Shown here: positions 37,501 through 47,771 of the stretch, piece after piece
How the letters are laid out: each line of letters opens with the position of its first letter
Position numbering within the stretch: the stretch's first letter is position 1
Assembly (NCBI GenBank): GCA_031270945.1
Contig: JAISWZ010000531.1
Span: 13,473-77,472, forward strand
Direction: 5' to 3'
Origin: Clostridiales bacterium
GTDB taxonomy: Bacteria; Bacillota; Clostridia; Lachnospirales; WQUN01
DNA: 64,000 bases
The notes under the pieces: generated by a model
Told to the model about the DNA's origin: nothing
Databases searched by the model: none
The model's input: only the letters and a program-made list of their open reading frames with translations
Program-made: the position numbers and the translations under genes

Positions 37501-37616
37501 AATTGAGACAAAAGTCTCGAAATGCTAGAAAAGGTCTATCGCGCAAAGCGTATCAGGGGGCAAGTTTCAACATAGGGCCGTTGCGTTTTGCGAAAAAAGC
37601 CAAACCAGACCGGGGG

Positions 37617-40600
37617 ATGCAAATGCAGACGATAGCGAAGCTTTGTGAACCAAGAAAAAACGTCTTTGATGACACCAGCCGTGATGATGTTTTGAACTTA
37701 AGCGATTTCATACAAGGCAAAATCGACCCGACAAAGTTCTTTGATGAGAACTTTACGACCAAGGGCATGGAGATTCTTCTAGAGACTGCGTTCAAGAGGT
37801 TCTCTGGCAAATCTGACACAGGAGTGATAAAGCTCACCCAGGCGATGGGCGGAGGCAAGACGCACAATATGCTCGCTTTGGCGTTGCTTGCTCAAAACCC
37901 TGAATTGCGAAAGCAGATGGTTAACGGGAATTTCGATAACATCGGCGAGATTACGGTAGTAGCGTTTTCTGGGCGAGAGAGCGATGCAAAGTTTGGAGTT
38001 TGGGGGAGCATTGCTGAGCAGCTTGGGAAAAGAGAGTTTTTTGCAAGCTACTACTCTCCTCTGCAAGCCCCTGGCGAAAGCGCATGGGTAAACTTGCTCA
38101 AAGGCAAAAAGGTGCTTATCCTGCTCGATGAACTGCCGCCTTACCTTGTAGACGCAAAATCAAAATTGATAGGAAACTCCGATCTCTGCAACGTGACTGT
38201 TACAGCCTTGTCAAATCTCTTTACTGCAATAGGAAAGGGAGAGTTGGCAAAGGTATGCCTTGTCTTTTCTGATCTGAGGGCAACGTACGAATCTGGCAGC
38301 GTTCTCCTGTCAGAAAGCTTTAAGGAGCTTGAGAGCGAAGCCAATAGAGTTGCGCTGAACCTTGAGCCAGTGGCTTTGAATTCGGACGAGGTATATGACA
38401 TCCTTCGCAAGCGGCTGTTTGTGCGATATCCGAAAGCAGGCTCAAGCGAGGTCAATGAGATCGCAATGGCATACAAGGAAGCGGTAGTTAAGGCAGGGAA
38501 ATCCGGGCTGACAGGGTATCAAGGAGAGAGCGTATACCTTGGGATAAAGGATTCTTACCCCTTTCACCCATGCATCAAGGAATTGTATGCCCGTTTCAAA
38601 GAAAATTCCGGTTTCCAGCAGACGCGAGGCCTTATAAGGCTGATGAGGCAAGTGGTTAGAGACTTTTATGAAAGCGGCAAGGCGGACAAGCAGAACGTCA
38701 TCAACGTATTTGACGTTAACTTGAACGAGAGAGCCATGATTTCTCTCATAAAACAGATCAAGCCTTCTCTTGACTCCGCGATCGACCATGACATCGCTAA
38801 CGGCAACAAAGGCGTTGCTGAAGAAATCGACTTCCACAACAGCGAAAAGAAGGAGCAGTACGCTCAAAGCGTGGCGAAGCTTCTGCTGATGTCATCTCTC
38901 AATGCAACGCCCAATGGCATCTTGGGACTGTCAAGCTCGGATCTGCTGGGGTTTCTCTGCAAGCCAGATACAGACCTCAACGTTTACAAGAAGGCGCTTG
39001 ATGAGCTCCTAAACAAATGCTGGTACCTAAAAACTGACAGTCGTGGCCGCATGTATTTTCAGGACACAAAAAACTTAATTGCCGATATGAACGAACGTGT
39101 GCAAATGTGTACCATTGTTGACACGATAAAAGAACTTAAGAAGATCCTTGGGGCAACTTTCGAGCCGAGGATCAAAAAGTGCTATGAAAAGCTTTTTGTG
39201 CTTCCTGCTATTGATGAGATCCACATTGAGCAAGGCAAGCTTTCTCTTGTGATTTCGGAACCTCATGCTGGATCTGGCCTTCACCCTGATTTGCTGAAGT
39301 TTTACGAAAACTGCCCTTATAAGAATCGCGTCATGTTTCTCTCGGGGCAGTACAACATCATGGAAAAGCTCTATGATAACGTCAATCGCTTCAAGGCTAT
39401 CAGCGATATAATGAACAACATGAGAAAAGAGCATGTTCCAGAGACCGACCAGCAATACAAAGAAGGCGAAAGCCTTTTTGACAAAAATTCAGCTGCATTG
39501 CTGTCGACAATAAGAGAGGCTTTCATAACTTTGTACTATCCAGTTAAAAGCGGGTCATCAACTGTGTTGTCAAATGTTAACATCAAGTTTGAGTTCGTTG
39601 CGAACAAGTGTAATGGAGAAGAGCAAATCGTAAAGGCGCTCACAGAAGAGATGAAGTTTGAGGACTTAAAAACCGATGAGCGCACCCTTGATGCATTGCG
39701 AAGGAAATGTGAAGCCCGCATATTCACGCAAAAAGAAATGCCATGGTCACAGATTCTTGAGAGGGCAGCGACAGAAGTCCAGTGGCAGTGGTATCACCCA
39801 AGGCAGTTGGAAGAGCTTCGCGCGAAGAGCCTCAAGTGCGACGCTTGGAGGGAAGTGGGCGGATATATAGTCAAGGGGCCTTTCCAGAAAGAACCGACGG
39901 AAGTAGTGGTAGTACAGGATGACTACGATTTCCAGACGGCTGTTTTCAAGCTTAAAGTCAAGCCTGTTCGCGGTGACACAGTATACTACGATTTTGGCGC
40001 TGTTCCTACTAAAGCTTCAAACATAGCCCCAGCAACCCTCAATCTCAAAGAGCCGACGGCGAACTTTCTTTGCATAGACAACGCAGACAGCGACAACCCT
40101 CATCCTACCGGGAAGATGCTAACTTGGAAGGGTAAAGTTTCTTTGAAGCGTGATCAAAGGCAAAATGCCAATGGCAACCAGACTTTGGAACTGAAAACCC
40201 ATCCGGATTTCGAGATTCGCTATACTACTGACGGCTCGAACCCGAAGGAAAGCGGTGGCTTGTATAGCGGAGAGATAATTCTTCAGCCAGGCTGCAAGTA
40301 TGTTAAAACTGCTGTCTACTATAACGACGATTTGATTAGCGAAGAAGACATACCCATTATAGCCGCGCCGCAAGGCAAGAAGCTGCTTGCAATCAAAGAC
40401 GACAAACCTCTTGAATACACTTTGAATACGCAAAAGAAGTGCGGCGACACTAGGCTTGCCTATGCTGAGTTTGCAAAGATGGAGCAATTGCCAGGAACTC
40501 GTGTGCACAAATTTACTGTTGTAATCAGCGAAAAGAGCAATTCTGAGAATTACATGGAGATCCAAGCTGTCCAAGTGCCATGGGATGTTAACAACTTGCG

Positions 40601-40769
40601 GTCGATGGTTGACCTTATCAGAGACAAGGCCTTTGCGGCTAAAGATGTTGAGGTCGAGTTTTCGTACAAGATCATCCTTTTTGAAACTGGGGCGGCGTTC
40701 AAACGATGGATAGAAATAAACAAGATAAACGCGAATGAACTTGAGAAAGAGGGCGCAATTAAACAATGA
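37617..40769 (+). CDS. large P-loop ATPase, DUF499-like (defence cassette gene 1)
   Basis: Walker A AMGGGKTHNM, Walker B VLILLDELPPYL. The N-terminal CEPRKNVFDD..RDDVLNLSDF segment matches my memory of DUF499/COG1483. ATG at 37617 or 37623. Confidence 0.8.
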   Translation: MQMQTIAKLCEPRKNVFDDTSRDDVLNLSDFIQGKIDPTKFFDENFTTKGMEILLETAFKRFSGKSDTGVIKLTQAMGGGKTHNMLALALLAQNPELRKQMVNGNFDNIGEITVVAFSGRESDAKFGVWGSIAEQLGKREFFASYYSPLQAPGESAWVNLLKGKKVLILLDELPPYLVDAKSKLIGNSDLCNVTVTALSNLFTAIGKGELAKVCLVFSDLRATYESGSVLLSESFKELESEANRVALNLEPVALNSDEVYDILRKRLFVRYPKAGSSEVNEIAMAYKEAVVKAGKSGLTGYQGESVYLGIKDSYPFHPCIKELYARFKENSGFQQTRGLIRLMRQVVRDFYESGKADKQNVINVFDVNLNERAMISLIKQIKPSLDSAIDHDIANGNKGVAEEIDFHNSEKKEQYAQSVAKLLLMSSLNATPNGILGLSSSDLLGFLCKPDTDLNVYKKALDELLNKCWYLKTDSRGRMYFQDTKNLIADMNERVQMCTIVDTIKELKKILGATFEPRIKKCYEKLFVLPAIDEIHIEQGKLSLVISEPHAGSGLHPDLLKFYENCPYKNRVMFLSGQYNIMEKLYDNVNRFKAISDIMNNMRKEHVPETDQQYKEGESLFDKNSAALLSTIREAFITLYYPVKSGSSTVLSNVNIKFEFVANKCNGEEQIVKALTEEMKFEDLKTDERTLDALRRKCEARIFTQKEMPWSQILERAATEVQWQWYHPRQLEELRAKSLKCDAWREVGGYIVKGPFQKEPTEVVVVQDDYDFQTAVFKLKVKPVRGDTVYYDFGAVPTKASNIAPATLNLKEPTANFLCIDNADSDNPHPTGKMLTWKGKVSLKRDQRQNANGNQTLELKTHPDFEIRYTTDGSNPKESGGLYSGEIILQPGCKYVKTAVYYNDDLISEEDIPIIAAPQGKKLLAIKDDKPLEYTLNTQKKCGDTRLAYAEFAKMEQLPGTRVHKFTVVISEKSNSENYMEIQAVQVPWDVNNLRSMVDLIRDKAFAAKDVEVEFSYKIILFETGAAFKRWIEINKINANELEKEGAIKQ

Positions 40770-41347
40770 GGAAGCAAACCTACGGCTTTGGCGTTGATCC
40801 TGCGCAAAGCAAGAACCACTTCTTTGTGCTGATGCCACAAAAAGAGCTGGACGATGCGCCTCTTGTGCAGATATATGAACGATACTCGTGGACGAATAGC
40901 GACGAGCAAAATCTGGAAGACTCTGATGTTTTGCGCATTGAAATATCGAAGCATAAATGGGGAGAGGTAAAGCTTGCCTTGATTAATGAGTTCAATGCCC
41001 GGCTTAAAAAGGAAGGGTTAAAAGTCGGGAAATTTGCTGCAACTGGAGGCACTCCCATAGAAAGATTGTTCGGCAAAGAGATGATGGTGCTTCTTTGGGG
41101 CATAGAGAACGCCGATCCTTCATACATCCCGACGGCGATACGCAATTGGAGAGGGCTCATGCCAGAAGAGCGTTGGTGGCTATATACGATGACCAACGCC
41201 GCAACCGGAAACATAAATGACAAAACAGGCTGGCGAGCTGCCCTAAGGTTTGCGCTGTGCGAAAACCCTGTGGTGGACCGCCTACAGGTAACCGTGTTTG
41301 ATGATGATATTGGCAAGGGGCCTATAATATATGATCAGTTTCATTGA
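40766..41347 (+). CDS. DUF3780-like small protein (defence cassette gene 2)
   Basis: 193 aa. ATGA start/stop overlap with gene 1. The size and position between the DUF499 and DUF1156 genes fit the recalled operon pattern, but family assignment from memory is weak. Confidence 0.6.
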   Translation: MRKQTYGFGVDPAQSKNHFFVLMPQKELDDAPLVQIYERYSWTNSDEQNLEDSDVLRIEISKHKWGEVKLALINEFNARLKKEGLKVGKFAATGGTPIERLFGKEMMVLLWGIENADPSYIPTAIRNWRGLMPEERWWLYTMTNAATGNINDKTGWRAALRFALCENPVVDRLQVTVFDDDIGKGPIIYDQFH

Positions 41348-44135
41348 AAAACAGTTCCCGGTATCGAAACTCTCAAAAGAGAGCTTTAAAGAGCGAAACG
41401 CAAAAAATGGGCAAACTATTACCGGCCTGGGCAAGTGGTGGGGAAGAAAGCCACTTGTCCTTGTTAGAGCTGCTATCCTCGGATGCTTGATGCCCACAAG
41501 CGACAATCCTCAACGGGACATGGATGTCTTTCTTAAAATTATGAGCATGGATGCCCAAGGGCTATGGTTGCGCCATATGGATAAGATAAACAAATCTGAC
41601 CGATATTGGCAATTAAAAGGAAACGAGTTAAAAAATGACTTTGAAGTGCTTAGCTATGACGAAAAGCTAAAAGCCTGTGTTAGGCCTGAGCAATTTACGC
41701 GCCCCTCTAATGATCAAGTGTGGGATGACATAAACTTGCATCTGGGCACACAGGCGAACAATCTGCAAGACCTCATGCGTCAACTATCAGAAAAGCGCTA
41801 TGGCAAGGGGGCTGTTATAGGTGACTGCTTTTGCGGCGGTGGATCCGTGCCGTTTGAAGCGGCTCGCATGGGGCTTGATGTATACGCTTCGGATTTAAAT
41901 CCTGTTGCCGCACTTTTAACTTGGGCTACGCTAAATATATGTGGCGCGAGTGAAGATGAGCTGAAAGAGATAGAAAAATTCCGAAAAGAAATATATGACA
42001 AAGTAGACAAAGAGATAACTGATTTGGGTATCGAGCATGACGACAATGGAGACCGCGCCTATATGTATCTTTATTGCGTTCAAGTGCGTTGCCCGGAATG
42101 TGGAACTCTTGTTCCTATGTCTCCAAGCTGGGTCATTGGAAAAGGTACAAAAACTGTAGCGCAACTCATAGAAAACGGGGATAAGTATGATATAGCGATT
42201 AAAATGAACGCTAGCGATGATGAGATAAAAACCGCTGAAATTGGCACTGCAACAGACAAAGGTTTGCGTTGTCCGCATTGTGGACGGACAACGCCAATAA
42301 GCGCCTTGCGCCATGACCGTGTTGATGAAAATGGAAATGTAATCTATGGCTTGCGAATGTGGGAGAAGACCGATTTCGAACCTCGTTCTGATGATATACT
42401 CCAGGAAAGGCTATACTGCATCAAATACGAGAAACCCTCGCTCAACCAAAAAAAGGCTGAACGGTATTATCGCGCTCCAAATGCCCGTGATTTGCAGAAC
42501 GAAGAAAAAGTGCGTGAAATTGTTGCTGAAAACATAGAACATTGGCAACGCAATGGGTATATACCAAGTACAGCTATCGAACCTGGCGAAAAGACGATGG
42601 AGGTTATTCGGAATCGCGGCTGGAGTTACTGGCATCATCTTTTTAACGCAAGGCAGTTGCTGCTTATAAGCAGTCTTTCTAAAGCTATTGAAAAAACTCA
42701 AGAATTGAAGCTTCGAGTAACTGGAATGCTGGGATTAAACAAATGCGCTGACTGGAATTCTCGTTTGTGCCGGTGGCATTCGAGCGCCGCAAATGAGAAG
42801 ACAGAACAAACATTCTATAATCAAGCACTGAACACCTTATATAACTGGGGGACACGAAGCCTTATTGGTGCTGAAACTTCCTGGCTTTATGATATAAATA
42901 AGTATCCAACCAATAAAGCTGTGACATGCAAAACTTGCGATGCGCGAACAATTGCTGAGCAATCGGCGCTTTGGATAACGGATCCTCCTTATGCAGATGC
43001 AGTTGTGTATCACGAGCTATCTGAATTATTCCTTTCTTGGGACAAGCGTCAAATCAAAGAAGCCTTCCCTGACTGGTATGCCGACAGCAAGCGAGTTCTT
43101 GCGGTTCGCGGCGATGGCAACTTTGCGCAGGGCATGATAGAAATCTACACCAACCTCACGAACCACATGCCTGATGACGGCATGCAAGTCGTGATGTTCA
43201 CTCATTCTGACTCTGCGGTATGGGCTCAGCTAGCCTTGATCATGTGGAAGGCAGGGCTAAAGGTCACAGCGGCTTGGAACATTGCCACCGAGACCGAAGC
43301 TGGAGGGTTAAAGGAAGGCAACTTCGTTAAAGGGACTGTGCTGTTGGTCTTGCGCAAGAGAACGGGAACCGACGAGGCGTTTCTCGACGAGATAAACGCA
43401 GAAATTAAAAGAGAGGTTGTCAGCCAGATAGAAAGCATGCGAGAACTGGATGAAAAGGAAGAACCCAACTTCGCTGATCCAGACTTTGTTCTAGCGGCGT
43501 ATGCCGCAAGCTTGAAAGTGCTGACATCGTATTCATCAATAGGGGAAATAGACCTTGACTATGAGCTTGAACTGGCTATTGCCAAGTCTCCGCTATCAAA
43601 GATAGTCGAATTGATAGAGCGAGCCAAGAAACAGGCTTACGACTGCATTATCCCTATAGGATTCGATGGCTTCTTGTGGAGAGACCTCTTCCCTTCTGAG
43701 CGGTTCTATATCAAGGGATTGGAAGCCGAGAAAAAAGGCGATTACCAAGTTTCAACTTACCAAGAATATGCAAGGGGCTTTGCGTTAACGAGCTACAAGT
43801 CGCTTTTAGCTAAAGCCAAGGCAAATGAGTGCCGCCTGAAAACACCCTCGGAGTTTGCCATGAGGACAACCAATGATGTGCCTGGTTTTGAGAACTCCAC
43901 ATTGAGGCTTGTGCTTGCGTCAATATACGTCTCGATAAAGGAGGACGAGCAGCCTGCAAAGGGTTTGTCGCATTTGAAAAACAACCTTGTTGACTATTGG
44001 GGCAAGCGCGACTTGCTAAAGCAGCTCCTGACATTCCTGAAGGACACAAAGAACATAACCAATATGCCTCACTGGAGCCAAGCGGCTGCCATGGCTGAGC
44101 ATATATACGTGCTTCTTGACAACGACAATATTTGA
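41331..44135 (+). CDS. DUF1156-type Zn-ribbon DNA amino-methyltransferase (defence cassette gene 3)
   Basis: N-terminus IEKQFPVSKLSKES...GLGKWWGRKPLVLVRA (DUF1156 signature). SAM motif I DCFCGGGSVPFEA, motif IV TDPPYAD. CPECG and CPHCG Zn-ribbon pairs. 17-nt overlap with gene 2. Confidence 0.88.
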   Translation: MISFIEKQFPVSKLSKESFKERNAKNGQTITGLGKWWGRKPLVLVRAAILGCLMPTSDNPQRDMDVFLKIMSMDAQGLWLRHMDKINKSDRYWQLKGNELKNDFEVLSYDEKLKACVRPEQFTRPSNDQVWDDINLHLGTQANNLQDLMRQLSEKRYGKGAVIGDCFCGGGSVPFEAARMGLDVYASDLNPVAALLTWATLNICGASEDELKEIEKFRKEIYDKVDKEITDLGIEHDDNGDRAYMYLYCVQVRCPECGTLVPMSPSWVIGKGTKTVAQLIENGDKYDIAIKMNASDDEIKTAEIGTATDKGLRCPHCGRTTPISALRHDRVDENGNVIYGLRMWEKTDFEPRSDDILQERLYCIKYEKPSLNQKKAERYYRAPNARDLQNEEKVREIVAENIEHWQRNGYIPSTAIEPGEKTMEVIRNRGWSYWHHLFNARQLLLISSLSKAIEKTQELKLRVTGMLGLNKCADWNSRLCRWHSSAANEKTEQTFYNQALNTLYNWGTRSLIGAETSWLYDINKYPTNKAVTCKTCDARTIAEQSALWITDPPYADAVVYHELSELFLSWDKRQIKEAFPDWYADSKRVLAVRGDGNFAQGMIEIYTNLTNHMPDDGMQVVMFTHSDSAVWAQLALIMWKAGLKVTAAWNIATETEAGGLKEGNFVKGTVLLVLRKRTGTDEAFLDEINAEIKREVVSQIESMRELDEKEEPNFADPDFVLAAYAASLKVLTSYSSIGEIDLDYELELAIAKSPLSKIVELIERAKKQAYDCIIPIGFDGFLWRDLFPSERFYIKGLEAEKKGDYQVSTYQEYARGFALTSYKSLLAKAKANECRLKTPSEFAMRTTNDVPGFENSTLRLVLASIYVSIKEDEQPAKGLSHLKNNLVDYWGKRDLLKQLLTFLKDTKNITNMPHWSQAAAMAEHIYVLLDNDNI

Positions 44136-44170
44136 TGAAAGAATTCGCGATTGGCGCTGCCTATGCTTTG

Positions 44171-44187
44171 AGAGCATATCCCAAAAC
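44171..44187. repeat. solitary half-site of the MITE/REP-like family inside the cassette
   Basis: AGAGCATATCCCAAAAC between the methyltransferase stop (44135) and the helicase start (44229). Confidence 0.7.
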
Positions 44188-44228
44188 ATGGGACAAGCTC
44201 TTGATTGCGAAGCGAGGAGTTTTTCAAT

Positions 44229-46982
44229 GTGAATCGGTACTCATCTCGCACAAACAAGCTGGGAGAGCTCCTTGTCAAAAAGCTTGAGAACGCTGCAAGC
44301 TATGACCGCATAGCTGGGTACTTCTGCTCATCCATTTTGGAAGTGGCGGGAGAGGCGATTGAAAAGGTCACAGGAAAAGTCCGGGTGATCTGCAACTCAG
44401 GCCTTTCGCCTGAGGATGTGAAGACAGCCGCTCTCGCCAAGACTACCATGAGGCAAGCATGGAATGACTTTAGGCCAGAGGCGGTTTATACGTCAAGCGG
44501 AGCTACGAACAGACTTAGGCGGCTATACAACCTTTTAAAATCAGGGAAGATGGAAGTCAAAGTCTTGCCTGATGAGATCTTTGGGCTGATGCATGGCAAA
44601 GCGGGCATTGTGACATACCGTGACGGCAGCAAAATTTGCTTTCTGGGCAGCGTCAATGAAACAAAGAGCGCTTTTACCACAAACTATGAGATCATGTGGG
44701 AAGACAGCGACCCAGTCTCAGTTGAATGGGTGCAGTCCGAGTTTGACGCGTTTTGGCGCGACAAGAACGCAGTGCCTCTTTCGGAATATGTGATAGAGGA
44801 CATTAAGCGCGTGTCTGAGCGGCGCACCATCTCCTTGAAAGACTGGAGAGAGGTTGGAGAAAACGCTGTTCAGGCTGTAGCTGTAGAAGAGCCCATTTAC
44901 CGGAACGAGTTGGGTTTATGGGCTCACCAGAAGTATTTCGTAGCTCGCGCCTTTAAGGAGCATAAGCAGAGAGGCGGCGCCAGGCTATTGCTGGCAGATC
45001 AGGTTGGGCTGGGCAAGACCATTCAGCTTGCGATGGTTGCAAAACTGATAGCGCTTTATGATGAGAAGCCCATTCTGATAATTGTTCCCAAAACGCTATT
45101 GCTCCAATGGCAGAGCGAGCTCAAAGCCATGCTAAACATGCCGTCAGCCATATGGACGGGACGGTTGTGGATCGATGAAAACGGATATGAATATCCAGCT
45201 GACAGCCTGAAAGCGATCACCAAGTGCCCCAGAAAAGTAGGGATTGTCTCGCAAGGGCTGATAACAGCCAAAACTGAATCGTCAGAACTTTTGAAGTCAT
45301 TGCGCTACTCATGCGTGATACTGGATGAAGCCCACAGAGCCAGGCGCAAGAACCTTGGCAAAGACCATGACAAGAACAAGGCGCAAATGAACAACCTGCT
45401 TCAGTACATGACAGAGATATCTGGAAGAACCAAAAGCATGCTCCTGGCAACGGCAACCCCTGTGCAAATTGACCCGATTGAGGCGTTTGACCTTCTCATG
45501 GCGCTGTCGATACCCAGAGAGGCTGAAAAGGTGCTTGGAGACAATTACAGCGTATGGAGAAGAACTCCAGCGCTTGCCATCAAATACATTGAGGAAGAAG
45601 CGCCTTGGCCGACTGCTGACGCCGAGATGTGGGAAATTGTCCGAAACCCCTTTCCTTTGCAATCCGAGAACAATACGCGAATAGGCACTTTGCGCTCCCA
45701 ATTGGACATTTCAGAAGATGTTTCCGTGTTGCCGCAAAGCCTGTTTGATGAGATGAGTGTGCCTCAAAAAAATAGGGTGAAGGCGCTCTATTACGATGAC
45801 AGATTTATCAAAACTCATAACCCCTATATTCGGTCGATAGTCAGGAGAACTCGCGACTTTCTGGAGAGCAACGCCAATCCTGAAACTGGCGAGCCATATT
45901 TGAAGAAAATTGAGGCTGTGCTCCTTGGCGAAAATGACTCCGAGTCGTTGGAACTGGTCGGCTACCAGCTTCAGGCATATCAAATCGCTGAGGAATTCTG
46001 CAAATTGCTCGTGTCCAGGGTAAGAACCGGAGGATTCATGGCAGTTCTGATCTTGAAAAGAATCGGAAGCACAATGTTTTCAGGTGAAAGCACTGCCAAA
46101 AAACTTCTGTCAAGGGCAACAGAAGGGAAAGATAAGTTGCGACAGGCATTTGAAGAGCTTGAAGAAGAAGACGGATCTGATGACTCAGCTTCGAACGAAA
46201 TCCTGGATCTGTCACAAGAAGAGATAGAATGCTTGGAAAAGTTGGTAGCGGTACTTAACTCCAATACAGACACTGACCCCAAATACAATCGCATCAAAGA
46301 GATTCTCACAAAGGGCGTCGATGACGAGGGCGCTTGGAAAGACAAAGGCTGCATCCTGTTCACCCAGTATTTTGACAGCGCGGTATTTGTGGCTGAAAGC
46401 TTGTCCAGGGATTTTGCTGGCTTGCCTATAGGCCTTTACGCTGGCGGAGACAAATCTGGCATATATAAAGACGGCCTTTTCAAGCGCGAGGGAAAGGACG
46501 ATATTAAGAGCCTTGTTAAAGATCGAGCACTCACATTGCTTGTGGGAACTGACGCCGCTTCAGAAGGGCTGAACCTTCAAGCCCTAGGAACGCTAATCAA
46601 CATCGATCTCCCATGGAACCCCACAAGGCTTGAGCAACGCAAAGGGCGCATCCAGCGCATTGGGCAGTTGGCGGACAAAATATACATTTACAATATGCGG
46701 TACAAGGATTCGGTTGAGGACAATGTTCACATAAAGCTGTCAAAGAGGCTGAAGGATATTCATGCTCTCTTTGGCCAAATTCCTGATGTTCTTGAGGATG
46801 TCTGGGTTTCGATTGCGCTCGACGACGAAGCTCAGGCGGAGCTTGCCATAAACAAGCTGCCGACAAAGAATCCATTTGTGCTCAAGTACGAAGAGTCCAT
46901 TCCTGATTGTGGAGATTGGGAAAAGTGCTCATTGGTGCTGGATGAAAAAGACAAGCTAAAAGAGCTTTTGAAGTGCTGGTAA
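44229..46982 (+). CDS. PLD(HKD)-nuclease-like domain fused to SNF2-family helicase (defence cassette gene 4)
   Basis: Single HKD motif HGKAGIV...GSVNET. Helicase motifs LLADQVGLGKT (I), VILDEAHRARR (II), LLATATPVQ (III), GTDAASEGLNLQ (V), RLEQRKGRIQRIGQ (VI). GTG at 44229 lies 9 nt after GAGGAG. Confidence 0.88.
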   Translation: MNRYSSRTNKLGELLVKKLENAASYDRIAGYFCSSILEVAGEAIEKVTGKVRVICNSGLSPEDVKTAALAKTTMRQAWNDFRPEAVYTSSGATNRLRRLYNLLKSGKMEVKVLPDEIFGLMHGKAGIVTYRDGSKICFLGSVNETKSAFTTNYEIMWEDSDPVSVEWVQSEFDAFWRDKNAVPLSEYVIEDIKRVSERRTISLKDWREVGENAVQAVAVEEPIYRNELGLWAHQKYFVARAFKEHKQRGGARLLLADQVGLGKTIQLAMVAKLIALYDEKPILIIVPKTLLLQWQSELKAMLNMPSAIWTGRLWIDENGYEYPADSLKAITKCPRKVGIVSQGLITAKTESSELLKSLRYSCVILDEAHRARRKNLGKDHDKNKAQMNNLLQYMTEISGRTKSMLLATATPVQIDPIEAFDLLMALSIPREAEKVLGDNYSVWRRTPALAIKYIEEEAPWPTADAEMWEIVRNPFPLQSENNTRIGTLRSQLDISEDVSVLPQSLFDEMSVPQKNRVKALYYDDRFIKTHNPYIRSIVRRTRDFLESNANPETGEPYLKKIEAVLLGENDSESLELVGYQLQAYQIAEEFCKLLVSRVRTGGFMAVLILKRIGSTMFSGESTAKKLLSRATEGKDKLRQAFEELEEEDGSDDSASNEILDLSQEEIECLEKLVAVLNSNTDTDPKYNRIKEILTKGVDDEGAWKDKGCILFTQYFDSAVFVAESLSRDFAGLPIGLYAGGDKSGIYKDGLFKREGKDDIKSLVKDRALTLLVGTDAASEGLNLQALGTLINIDLPWNPTRLEQRKGRIQRIGQLADKIYIYNMRYKDSVEDNVHIKLSKRLKDIHALFGQIPDVLEDVWVSIALDDEAQAELAINKLPTKNPFVLKYEESIPDCGDWEKCSLVLDEKDKLKELLKCW

Positions 46983-47066
46983 GCCTGCTCTGTGTGGCAA
47001 GAACTCCTGCCGCTCTGGGAATGCGAAAGAAAAGCGGAACTGGCGTGAACACGTTGCTTTTTATAA

Positions 47067-47168
47067 AGAGCATATCCCAAAATTTTATCCGAGGCGCCGG
47101 AAAAATCCGGCGTTGAAGCATTCGCCAGGATTTTTCCGGCGCCATTTCGGAATTTTGGGATATGCACT
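47067..47168. repeat. MITE/REP-like palindromic element (near-perfect long palindrome) just after the cassette
   Basis: AGAGCATATCCCAAAATTTTATCCGAGGCGCCGGAAAAATCCGGCG...CGCCAGGATTTTTCCGGCGCCATTTCGGAATTTTGGGATATGCACT. Confidence 0.9.
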
Positions 47169-47469
47169 AAGAGATGCGTCTTGTGATTTACAAGGCTCAT
47201 CTCTTTTTTGTGTGCGACGATATTTTTGCTATTGCCGTCATGCCAGAATATTTTAATGCGAGCCAACAAAATCACTTGCAATAAGCTTTTGAAAGATGTA
47301 TGCTTTAACCGTAAAACAAATTTGGATGGAATTCTAGTCAGGTGCATATTCATGGAAATAACGGGTTGCGACGAAAATAACCTTCTAAACCTTGCAAACC
47401 CTGCAACTCATGAAACCCCTCTAAGCCCCCAAGCCGCAAGATGAAACAAAGAAATGGAGCTGAACAAAG

Positions 47470-47751
47470 ATGTCGCTAACAAAATCTGTGGTACGAACGA
47501 GAGAAAATGTCAGGACGCATAGGGGCCTGAAAGATAAAATCGCTGAATTGGAACGGGAGCTGGTGCGCAAGGACGAAGAGATCAAAGGCAAAGAGCGCGA
47601 ATTAGAATATAAGGAAGTACTGCTGAAGCACAAAGATGGATGGCTTGAAGGCAAGAACAAAGTGATCGCAAGCAAGGATGAAATTATAAGGATTTTAAAA
47701 CTGCATATAAACATTGTGGTATCCAGGCAAGAAAAGAAGAGGATGCCATAA
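47470..47751 (+). CDS. small coiled-coil protein (paralogue A)
   Basis: 93 aa, heptad-rich. Shares LK(D/E)KIAEL...LKHKD...(N/D)(K/R)VIASKDE.I.IL...V.SR.E with the 48197 ORF. Confidence 0.45.
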   Translation: MSLTKSVVRTRENVRTHRGLKDKIAELERELVRKDEEIKGKERELEYKEVLLKHKDGWLEGKNKVIASKDEIIRILKLHINIVVSRQEKKRMP

Positions 47752-47771
47752 ACTTAAAACTGGGTTTCTGG

